Program-made: the position numbers and the translations under genes
In this document: positions 40,881 through 52,135 of the stretch, one piece after another
Layout: each line of letters begins with the position of its first letter
Position numbering within the stretch: position 1 is the first letter of the stretch
The notes under the pieces: generated by a model
What the model was told of the DNA's origin: nothing
The model's database searches: none
Seen by the model: the letters and a program-made list of their open reading frames with translations, nothing else
Source of the DNA: Callorhinchus milii
Taxonomy: Eukaryota
Length of the DNA: 64,000 nt
Direction of reading: 5' to 3'
NCBI RefSeq assembly: GCF_018977255.1
Contig: NW_024704742.1
Location: forward strand, 100,814,001 to 100,878,000

Positions 40881-42871
40881 TCATGCTGTTGACAGTCCAG
40901 GCATCCAAGCTTGTCAGCAGGATGTGCGAGGAAAAGATGGCAGATCTTGTTCTTATCTTGGGTGAACCTGTATCACTCTGAGTAACTCTATGTACACTCA
41001 GTGTAGCATCACTGAGAGGTTAGCTGGTATGAGAAATGTCAATATTTCACAGATGAAATAGAGGTGCTTCATCAGTTGAGGTTGGTGTTGAGTCATATTG
41101 GATCAAATGTTCAAAATGTTATCTGAGAGTCTTACATTGTCACCACTGCTGGAATTGTGTTGTTGTATCTATGATTCTACATTACAAATTATTTTCTGTC
41201 ACGGTTAAATGTCATATTTTAAGGAAAAAATAACACTAGCCTTTGAAGTTGCTGGATGTTCAGTTTATATTTCAAATGTTATGGTTTTTATTATTTTTAG
41301 GATGAAAAATGGATTAAACTAATACAAACCAATACAAACCAATTGTTTTATGTCCTTCAGACTCTGTGACGCAAATATGTTAAATTTCTCTCCTGCTGTC
41401 AGCTCATGTGAATGTGACCATGTATCTTATGTAAGATTTTATCTGCCGCCTTTTTGATTTCAGGATTACAAGGATTAATGTGATGCAAAAATTTACTTAA
41501 ATTGTAATTCATCATGTTAACTTCCGAACACTAGATTCATAGAATACTTTGTGGCCAACATTATTTTTTTTTGCCAGCTGGAAATAGTATTGAGATTTAC
41601 TCTATTTATGTAGAATTTTACAGTGGCAAGAATTTGGCAAATTGTTGAATTTAATCTTAACTTTCGGCAGCTCTGAAAAGAACTGACCTTAAAATTAAGA
41701 CTGTGTTTGGCAACTCTGAAATGCTGTATAAATAGGGTAAATCTCTACACAGGTGAAATTTATAGCTAATAATTTCTCCAATGCAATGATCCAGATTCAC
41801 TAGCAAATCGTGTAGGTCTGGATACGATTTGGAGCCCTCCAATAGTAATAACAACAACTTGCATTTATATGGAGCACCTCACACAGTATATTATTGCAGA
41901 GCGCTTGAATAAGTCTCAATGTCCCCCCAGTTCAGTGCTGCCTTAGTACAGGGGAAACATCCACACCTACATTTTATTGCAGATAAAATGAGAATAAATC
42001 GGGTAAAAGTGAATTGATACTTTGCAGAAGAAGCTGCATTCACTTCTTCCCAACCATGCTTTACAGTTCTTGAAGTATAATAATAATAAGCCTTGCATTT
42101 GATATAGCGCCTTGATACGTCTCAAAGGGCTTTACTGTAAAGTGAATTGACTGTGTATACTGTGGGTGAAACCCAGCAGCTAATTATGCAGAGCAGTGTC
42201 CCACATTTTTTTTTAATGGTATAATAGTGTAAGATGGGAAACGTACTAAAGTATTTGAGTAAAAGTAAATGGAGGCTTCTGTTTGGAGGATGTTCAATAG
42301 TCAACTAAACAAACTGAAAAGTCTCCAATTTCTAAATGATCAACTGCAGCACTTTACTCACAAGGAAACATCTGCCCTACACATTATTGCAGAAAACCTG
42401 ATTTTATTGCTTTCCAACTGAGCAAAAGTATTGTTGTATGGTTGTCCACAATAATCATTAGGCCATGATTGTTCTTGAATGATGCATTTTAAGAATTATA
42501 TTGGTAACACCTTGCAGGAGCTGGAGGTTGGACTTCACAAAATAATATCATTTTAAATTGTACTTTCCAAATAAGCCCATTTTAAAGTAAATGATTATGT
42601 TGCCTGGAGCCATCAATTTTCTGCAACATGTTTTTTCATTCAATACACTTGAATATACCATTACAGTAAAACATAAAAGTGGTAAGCTGCATTTATATTT
42701 CAATGTGTTATATACTGGTGGCCTTATCTTCATATGACAACAGCTTATCTTGCTAAGGGTTTTTTTATTAAATGTATAATACATTTTAGTTTTTTATAAG
42801 TCATAGAGTCTGGAATTTGGGGGATTTAAGACCCTAGACAAGTTCAAATGCTATTAAGATGTTTCTGTTTT

Positions 42872-43150
42872 TATAATAATATCCTTGAATTTGATATACT
42901 AATATAGTACATTGGAAGAATGTCTCAAAGAATTTTACAGGATTTACTGTGTATTTTGTAGGCAACCCGTAGCCAATTTGCACCCAACAGTATGTCACAA
43001 ACAGCCATGAAATGAATAACCAATTTTTCATTTGAAGGATTGTTGACCAGGACAGCAGGAGAAAGTGCCTTCTCTATCTAATACTGCTATGAGATCTTTA
43101 ACGTCCACCTGAATAGGGTGATGGAACCTCAAACATCTCACCCAAAGGAT
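42872..43150 (-). mobile_element. Old DeuSINE
   Basis: Minus strand CAGGTGGACGTTAAAGATCTCATAGCAGTATT...GTCCTGGTCAACAATCC...CAAATTGGCTAC...TTCAAGG. Confidence 0.72.
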
Positions 43151-43753
43151 GGATTATTACAAAATTATCCTGGAAAAAAACCCTCTGAGATTCTACTAAA
43201 AGTTATGACAGTCCTATTAATAAAAACAACTGGAGAAATACATTCCATGAAATAACATCCAAAGTTGGATTTATTTAATAAGGAGATTGGGAAGGACAGA
43301 AAATTATATTTGCTATATTGTTGAGAATGTCCAAGAAGTTGCTGCAACCTAATTGCTATGATTCAATGCTACCTCAAAGTTAATTATTTAACTTAATAAG
43401 AAACTGAAGAATGTTCAAAGGGAAGGGCTGGGAGTAACAATGTTTGCCCAGCCTGACTGCTGATATATTTAATGGGTTGGAGGAATCCAGAGCACTTTGT
43501 AATACCTTAAGTTTCCAGTTAGCAGCAGTATGAGAGCACTCATTAGTATGTACCTTAAGATGTCTGTAATTTTGTGTCTTGGTTACCTGCTTAAGAACCA
43601 TTGAGTACTTATTATCGATCACAAGTCTATCATTAGTGCAGATATATTTATGTTAATGCTGATAATTTTGTATTTCTCACATTGGTGTTGACACAATTTT
43701 GTTATTATGTGTCAAAAAGAAATTCTGCCATGATCTTAACTGTTGAATTGTTA

Positions 43754-44283
43754 ACCCTCGCTCGCCTCCACTGGCTCCCCATCCCCCAGAGGATTGATTT
43801 CAAGATCCTCATCCTCACCTACAAGGCCATTCACGGCCTTGCTCCCTCCTACCTCTCCAACCTACTATCCCCCTACCTACCTGCCCGTACCCTCCGTTCC
43901 TCTGGCTCTGGTCTGCTCCACGTCCCCCGCCCCAACCGCCCTACCATTGGTGGTCGGGCCTTCAGCCTCTCAGCCCCGAGGCTCTGGAACTCCATCCCCC
44001 AGTGCCTTTGCCTTGCTTCCTCCCTTTCCTCCTTCAAGGCCGGTCTCAAAACCTTTCTCTTTGACCGTGCCTTCAGCTCCCCTCTCGACTCTCTTCCCCC
44101 TCCTCGCTCCCTCCCTTCCCTCCCCTCACCCTGACCATTTCCCCCCTCCTCGCTCCCTCCCTTCCCTCACCCTGACCATTTCCCCCCTGCTCGGGTCATG
44201 ACCCAACTGTGCAGCGCCTTGGGACGTCCTCCTGACGTGAAAGGCGCTTTATAAATGGAATCTTGTTGTTGTTGTTGTTGTTG
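43754..44283 (+). mobile_element. Young 5'-truncated L2 LINE (open ORF2 C-terminus, 3'UTR, (TTG)n)
   Basis: LARLHWLPIPQRIDFKILILTYKAIHGLAPSYL...GGRAFS...PRLWNSIP...FKAGLKTFLF without disruption; tail AGCGCCTTGGGACGTCCTCCTGACGTGAAAGGCGCT. Confidence 0.95.
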
Positions 44284-44366
44284 CTTTGAGACGTCTCGAA
44301 GATGCGATAAGGTATTATATCAAATGCAAGGATTATTATCAATATTATTATTATTATTATTATTAT
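44284..44366 (+). mobile_element. SINE tail-only fragment fused to the L2 tail
   Basis: CTTTGAGACGTCTCGAAGATGCGATAAGG...ATCAAATGCAAGG(ATT)n. Confidence 0.8.
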
Positions 44367-46539
44367 AGTGTTTTGTTGACATGTTCCTTTCTGATGGTGA
44401 AGCTACCCTGGATTATAACTAGGAAGGAGAATCTTCAGAAGTATTTCTGAGCATTTAGGACTTGAGAGTCTGGAGTTGAATTGTCCACAAATCCATACCT
44501 GTGAAAAATTGATTCCAGTGAAAATTAGCCAAGAGAATGAGGCAACCATGTTATGACAGCATTTTCAACTACAAGTTATCGCATATTCTCTTGTTCACTG
44601 TGGTTTTTAAAATAAAAAGAACATCTAAATGGATGACTTTTGCATTAATAATTTAACCTGGTAAAGTACCATGACATTACTTGGAATGGATCCCATACCT
44701 GTGGGACAATCAGTCAGTAATGTTCTGTCTGAAATGTCTGTGTTTTACTATCTGAGCAATTGCTCCAAAGTGGTGTGCCTGCAGAAATTGAGACTAACAT
44801 ATGATTTCAATGCATATATTACTGAAATATCTTGCCACAGTTCTCCAGGAACTAAAAGCAAGGAGATTCTAGCTCTGTAAACAAGCACATTGTTCATTAT
44901 TTAACTATTCTGCTTGGCTTGATATTTAATTCTTAAGGGTTAAAACAACTTGCATTTATAAAGAGTCATGCATGTCTTATTCTGTGGCATTTTACAGCGG
45001 TGATGCACTGAGCAGGGAGGGTGGGGGATGGGTGAAGGAGACATGATCAAAAAGGTAGGTTTATTGGTGGCTTTTGAAGAAGCAACATGTCAGAAAACAG
45101 GATCATTATACATTTTTCTGAAACATTTATGCAATTTTAAAGCAGAAAATGAATCTGAAATCTAGATCCATGTTTATAAGAGTGCATATGTTACATATAT
45201 GCACAAATGCAAATGCTTTTACAAACATAGGGAAAATTATACATATGCCAATATATTATAAATGGTGCACAGTTTATATAGAACTTTGTTGAACTTATTT
45301 ACCATCGCAGAATTTGCAATAAGTAGTAATACAACTTCTTCAACTTGTTATAGTGTAACAGTAAAAGCTCAATTCACAGTTATAGTGCTTGACAACCTTC
45401 ACAAGGAAGTAATTCAGGCTTTTATCATTAAATCAATAATTTGGGTAATATTTATATGTAAAAACATGACCTCTCTGTTAAGACAGCAGATTACGTCATT
45501 TGCTCTCTCGATGCGGTGCTGGTTTAATTCTGGAGACTGTCTTCAGACAATTGTTTGTGTTCATGTTTCTTCCAGTTATGATGGCTAACTGGAATTAATA
45601 CTTTGCCCCTATTTATGTGGCTAAATTGTATTTATTAGACTTCCACTATGATTTCATTTATTTTAATTGTATCTTTGAACCCATGTTTCTCATGAAACAG
45701 CAAACGATAATGATAATGGATATTTGTTCTATTGACAGACTATGAACTGGATAAACCTGCCAATCATACATCAACTGAGTTCAGCAGCAACCGTTTAGCA
45801 GCAACAGTTTTCTGTGTGCTTACAACTCTGAGACAGCGCCTCAAGATATCTGAGCAACCATAGAGAAGTCCATTTCACATATCTGCTGTTTTAACACATC
45901 CTAGAAAATCGTAACTGTCCAATTTTTAATTCATGTGACTATTCTTCATTAGATGATTAGGAGGGTTGCAAGACATCTAACTCTATTTCACTGCAGTTTT
46001 CTTTGAGGCTAATGGAGGTGAACATTGTGACGAGACATTTGACATTGTTACATTCCAATTTGTCAGTTTCTTAATTTAAGGAGTACTTCGTGGCTACCCC
46101 CACCACCCCACCCCCCCCCCCACCCCCCACACCCCCACACACATGCTCACACCTACACACATTTTGACAATGTGCTGGATCAAAGCCAGACCCACGGCAC
46201 TGATTGGACTTACCACCCATGGACTGTGGCACTGCACTGCCATTTAGCCTGATGTTTGCTGACAAGACTCATACATACATGAATAATGGCCACTGGAAAA
46301 TAATTTAAGACAAAAGCCCTGCATCCCAGTAGAAAGAAAGAAGTAGTCAAGTGTTTTTCAGAGAAGACGTGAAGGAAGAAAATAGGGAGGAAAAAGAAAA
46401 GATCAAAGTAAAAGTTTGAGTTCAGCTTCCAGTCATGAACAACACAAAACTAGCCACCAAATAGAGATGATACCTACAGATGACAGAGTTTCACACTTTC
46501 TCCCTGGGGTGCTTGGAGGGACTGGAAAGAGATGAAGTT

Positions 46540-46859
46540 ATAATAATAATAATCCTTGCATTTGATATAGCGCTTTTCACGTCGGGAGGACGTCCCAAAG
46601 CGCTTCACAGAACACACTGTAAAGTGAATTGACTGTATATTTGTGGGCGAACGCGGCAGCCAATTGCGCACAGCAATGTCCCACAAACAGTCGTAGATTG
46701 AAAATGACCAATTTATTATTGTTTTTGGTTTTGGAGGGATTATTATTAGGCTCTGTGTGGAGTAAGGAAACTTGCCCAAGGTTTCGCCCTGCCTGGAATT
46801 GAACTCAGGTCTCTCACTTGAAAGCGAGTGTTCTAACCACTGAGCTACAGGACTCCACA
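46540..46859 (-). mobile_element. Full-length young short tRNA(Ala)-like SINE
   Basis: Minus strand TGTGGAGTCCTGTAGCTCAGTGGTTAG (A box)...GAGTTCAATTCC (B box); Deu-like TGTGGGACATTGCTGTGCGCAATTGGCTGCCGCGTT; L2-like tail; (ATT)n. Confidence 0.96.
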
Positions 46860-47509
46860 GTTCAATTAGTTCCCACCTTTCCAAGCAAATGCCTCTCTTT
46901 GTATGAATCCAACAGTTAGTTTCCACAAAATTAATAACATATTCTGAGGGTCCAGCAGGTCTTCAAACTATAGAATAAATGGATCATTTCAATGTGGATG
47001 ATAATGAGGTTTAATTTTTGGTATTTCTTGATGGAATTTCTTTATGAAGATTCCAAATCACGCAAAGTTGGGACTTGTTACAATAACTGCGAATTCACTG
47101 CACCAATCCATGAGAATATTCTCCAATGCAATAGATCTTCAGAATTGAGTTCCCACCAGTTAACAGGAAAGCTTATGTGAATCCTTATCGAAGAACGCAG
47201 TCAAGACTTACTTGAAATTAGACCCAATGTGAAGAAGGCAACTTCCTTAATTTAAATTGGGATTAAATCCATTAGAATTTAGACCCTGTAGCTTGGTGCT
47301 TTGGAGGTATTCTGGATGTTCTTTGGGAGTCAGAAAAACAATTGGAAGTTTCACATGTTATTCACATGCTCAGTAGCTAAATTACAAATTGGTTAGAGAA
47401 TAAATCACGCAACTTGTATATGATCTACAGAAACTACAACACTGACAACAAATAAAAGCAAAAAAACAAAAAATAAAAAATATATATATTGAAAACACTG
47501 TGTGAGAAG

Positions 47510-48933
47510 ATGATGTGGAAGTGAAATGCGAGGACTGTAACATGTGGGAGTTAATAATAATAATAATAATAATAATCCTTGCATTTGATATAGCGCTTTT
47601 CACGTCGGGAGGACGTCCCAAAGCGCTTCAAAGAGTACACGGTAAAGTGAATTGACGGTATATTTGTGGGCAAACGCGGCAGCCAATTGCGCACAGCAAT
47701 GTCCCACAAACAGTCGTAGATTGAAAATGACCAATTTATTATTGTTTTGGGTTTTGGAGGGATTATTATTAGGCGTGTGGAGTAAGGAAACTTGCCCAAG
47801 GTTTCGCCCTCTGCCTGGAATTAAACTCAGGTCTCTCACTTGCAAAGCGAGTGCTCTAACCACTGAGCCATAGGACTCCACAGGACTTAATGGAGGGCGC
47901 CCTGAGCCTGGGCAACTTCACCTGCAGCAAATATCTGCAACTCAGGAAGCTCCAGATGAGAGTAGCTGAGCTGGAAGCCGAGGTGTAGACACTGCACTCC
48001 ATCAGGGACAGTGAGAGGTTCCTGGACAGTATGATGGAGGAAACCATCACTCCTCTGAGGCTCGGAAGATGCTTGCATCTGGTTAATGGTGAGGGACAGG
48101 ATAGTTTTATCAGTCCAGCAGATAACGGGACCCCTGAGAGATTGGTGATGGAGCCTTGGGCTTCAAACTTGTACAACGAATGTGAGGATTTGATGGACCA
48201 GACACTTCAGGAGGTGGTCACCCCACAGCCACCGAGGGTTCAGAGGGAAAATGACAGGGTGACTATCTGGCATGGTAGGAAGAGGGGACGGGCAGGGCAG
48301 AATGTCTCCTATAGTGTAGAACTCTCAAACCAGTACTGTGTACTGAATATTGAGAGTGTTGATATTTCCAGGGAGGACATTAAAAAACAATTGGTTGAAC
48401 AGGGGGACATAGGTAACAGGAGCAATGCTGTTGTCATAGGGGATACAACAGTGAGAGGTATAGACAGGCATTTCTGCAACTGAAGACGGGAGTCAAGGAT
48501 AGTATGTTGCCTCCCTGGTGCAATGGTCTTAGACATCATGGAATGGGTGGATAAAATTCTTCAGGGGGAAGGGGAACATCCAGAAGTGGTGGTCTAAGTT
48601 GGGATCCATGATATTAGTAAAAAAATGGCTGAGATGCTACAGGCAGGATGTCAAAAGCTGGGGAACAAACTAAAGAATAGAACATCCAAGGTGGAGATCT
48701 CTGGATTACTCCCTGTGCCTTGTGCAAATAAATACCATAATAGCAGGATCAAGCATATGAATGCTTGGCTGTAGAAATGGTCCAAAAAAGAGGGCTTCAG
48801 GTTTCTGGATCATTGGGACCAGTTCTGGGGCAGGAGGGACCTGTACCAGATGGATGGGTTACACCTAAACAGGGCTGGGGCGAATGTCCTTGCCGACAGG
48901 TTATCTAATGCTGTAGGGGAGGGTTTAAACTAG
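47510..48933 (+). pseudogene. CR1 ORF1 remnant (zinc finger, coiled coil, SGNH esterase-like domain)
   Basis: VKCEDCNMWEL[SINE]MEGALSLGNFTCSKYLQLRKLQMRVAELEAEV; VVIGDTTVRGID...CCLPGA...EVVV*VGIHDI...ISGLLPVP...LYQMDGLHLNRAGANVLA; several stops. Confidence 0.88.
47551..47882 (-). mobile_element. Full-length young SINE inserted in CR1 ORF1
   Basis: Near-identical to the 46540 copy; flanked by GGAGTTAAT (47547-47555) and GGACTTAAT (47883-47891). Confidence 0.96.
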
Positions 48934-49015
48934 TCTTGAGGGGGGAAGGGAATGCAAAAAACAATGCACAAAAAATGGAGAATTAAAACAGGGGCTAAGT
49001 GCAGAACAGGTCAAT

Positions 49016-52000
49016 TTGATCTTGGACTTCATGTGCCTAAATGCACGGAGTTTAGCAAACAAGATTGGTGAGCTGCAGGCTCAAGTGGTCATAGGGGGAT
49101 ATGATGTAGTAGCATTAACAGAGACTTGGCTCAAACTTGGACAGGAATGGGAGCTGAATATTCCTGGCTATAATGTATTCAGGAGGGATAGGGAAGGAAA
49201 AAAAGGAGGGGGTGTGGCAATATTAATCAAGGATGCGGTTATAGCCGTGGAAAGGGTTGAGGTGCTGGAGGGCCCCAAAACAGAATATATCTGGTTAGAG
49301 TTAAGGAACAAAAAAAAAGCTGTTATGCTGGTAGGGGTATATTATAGACCACCAAATAGTGGGAAGGAAATAGATGAGCAGATCTGCAAGCAGATCTCAG
49401 ACAGATGCAAGGCCAATAGAGTCGTGATAATTATCCCACCATAGACTGGCAAAACAACAGCACAAAGGGCAAGGAGGGGGAAAGATTCCTAAAATGCGTA
49501 CAGGACAACTTTCTTATCAGTAAGTTTCCGGCCCAATGAGGAAGGAAGCAGTGTTGGATCTAGTTCTGGGGAATGAAGTAGGGTAAGTGGAGCAGGTTTC
49601 CATGGGAGAGCATCTGGGCAATAGTGATCACAGCGTCATTAAATTCAGAGTGCATATGGAAAGAGACAAGGAACCATCAAAGGTGAAGATATTCAACTGG
49701 AAGAGGGGTAATTTCAGTGAGTTAAAAAGGGACCTAGCCAAGGTGGATTGGAAAGAAAGCTTGGCAGGTAAAACAACTAACGAGCAGTGGGAAATCTTCA
49801 AGGATGAGATCGCTCGGGGACACAACAATTACATTCCCACAAAAGGGAAACGTAGGGCATCCAAACCTCCCTGGATGACGAAGGTAATTGTGTCTAGAAT
49901 GAAGCAGAAAAAGGAGGCGTACGACAAATGTCAAACCCAAGTTACAGAAGACAACCAAATAGAATCTAGGAAGTACAGAATAATAATAATAATAATAACA
50001 ATAATAATAATAATAATAATCCTTGCATTTGATATAGCGCTTTTCACATCGGGAGGACGTCCCAAAGCGCTTCACAGAACACCCTGTAAAGTGAATTGAC
50101 TGTACATTTGTGGGCGAACGCGGCAGCCAATTGCGCACAGCAATGTACCACAAACAGTCGTAGATTGAAAATGATCAATTTATTATTGTTTTATTTTGGA
50201 GGGATTATTATTAGGCTCTGTGTGGAGTAAGGAAACTTGCCCAAGGTTTCGCCCTGCCTGGAATTGAACTCAGGTCTCTCACTTGCAAAGCGAGTGCTCT
50301 AACCACTGAGCTACAGGACTCCACAAGAGAAGAGAACTGAAAAAGGAAATAAGAGGGGCAAAAAAATTATACGAAAAAAGGTTAGCGGGTAACATTAAAG
50401 GGAATCCTAAAATATTTTACAAACATATCAAGAAAGAAAGGTTAGTCAAAGGTAGGGTGGGGCCAATTAAGGATCAAGGCAGAAACCTTATTGTGGAGGT
50501 AAAGGGCGTGGCTGATTTACTGAATGAGTATCTTCACAAAAGAAGTGGATGCACCAAATGCCGCAGTATTGGAAGAGAGGGTAGAGGAAATGGTTAGGAT
50601 ACGTATAAACAGAGAGTACTGAAAACGTTGACTGGGCTCAAGGTAGATAAGTCGCCCGGTCTGGACGGGATGCAGCCAAGGTTACTATGGGAGTCTTTGG
50701 CTACAATTTTTCAGTCTTCGTTGGACACAGCGGTGGTGCCAGAGGCCTGGAGAGTGCTAATGTTTACTCCCCCGTACAAAAAAGGGCAGAAGGACAAACC
50801 TGGGAATTACAGGCCAGTCAGCCTAGCATCAGTAGTGGGGAAACTCCTGGAAACTATAATCCGGAACAGAATAAATCTTCACTTGGAAAAGTATGGGTTA
50901 ACTAGGGACAACCAGCATGGATTTGTTAAAAGCAAATCTTGTCTAACAAATCTAATAGAATTTTTCGATGAGGTAACGGAGAGGGTGGATGAAGGTAATG
51001 CAGTTGATGTAGTGTATATGGACTTTCGAAAGGCATTTGATAAAGTGCCACATAAAAGACTTGTAAAATAAATAGAAGCCCATAGTATAAAAGGGACAGT
51101 GGCAGCATGGATCCAGAACTGGCTGGGAGACAGAAAGCAGAAAGTTGTCGTGAATCGCTGCTTTTCTGACTGGAGGGGAGTGTACTGTGGTGTCCCCCAG
51201 GGATTGTTGTTGGGACCACTGCTCTTCTTAATATATATAAATGATCTTGACTTGGGTATAGCAAGTACCATTTCCAAGTTTACGGACGACACAACGTTAG
51301 GTAGGATAGTAAACAGTGAGAAGGATAGCAGCCAACTGCAGGAAGACATAGACAGAATGGTAAAATGGGCAGAAACATGGCAGATGAATTTCAATGTGGA
51401 GAAATGCGAGGTAATGCATTTTGGAAGAAAGAATGAAGGGAGGCAATATAGGCTGGTAATACAATCATAAGGAAGGTGAAGGAACAGAGAGACCTGGGGG
51501 TGCAGGTAAATGAATCCTTGAAGGTGGCAGGACAGGTAGATAAAGCTGTAAAGAGGGCATATGGGATACTAGGCTTTATAAATAGGGGCATAGAGTACAA
51601 GAATCAGGAGGTTATGATTAACCTATATAAAACACTGGTTAGGCCTCAGTTAGAATACTGCGCCCAGTTCTGGGCATCACACTATAGGAAGGATGTTAAG
51701 GCATTGGAAAGGGTGCAGAGGAGATTTACGAGGATGGTACCAGGAATGAGGGACCTTGATTATATGGAAAGACTAGAGACTCTAGAATTATTCTCATTGG
51801 AGCAGAGAAGGTTTCGAAGAGATCTAATAGAGGTCTTCAAAATCATGAGGGAATTTGATAGGTTAGAAAGGGAAAAACTGTTTCCGCTTGTGGGTGTGTC
51901 GGTGACTCGAGGTCATAGATTTAAAATAGTTTCTAAAAGAAGCAGAGGGGAGGTGAGAAGAATTTTTTTTACGCAACGAGTTGTTCGAATCTGGAATGCA

Positions 52001-52135
52001 TTACCTGAAAGGGTGGTGGAGGCCGATTCAATAACAACTTTTAAAAATGCGCTGGATGGGTATTTGAGGAGGATGGGTTTGCAGGGATATGGGGAAAGGG
52101 CTGGGGATTGGATTGACATTGCATTGCTCTTATGA
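49016..52135 (+). pseudogene. CR1 ORF2 remnant (APE endonuclease + reverse transcriptase)
   Basis: CLNARSL...YDVVALTETWL...GGGVA...[56 protein letters not shown]; stops, frameshifts and deletions. Confidence 0.95.
49980..50325 (-). mobile_element. Full-length young SINE inserted in CR1 ORF2
   Basis: Near-identical to the 46540 copy; CR1 frame ...RKYR resumes as RELKKEIRGAK after the insert. Confidence 0.96.

Noticed and set aside
46474..46926. 150-aa ORF and related MGKFPYSTRL...YYYY ORFs (14121, 27365, 47551, 49734)
   Set aside because: Incidental translations of the SINE consensus; poly-Tyr and poly-Ile come from the (ATT)n tail
49587..50099. Apparent CR1-poly-Ile fusion ORF
   Set aside because: Dead ORF2 fragment reading into an antisense SINE tail; upstream ORF2 has stops and frameshifts
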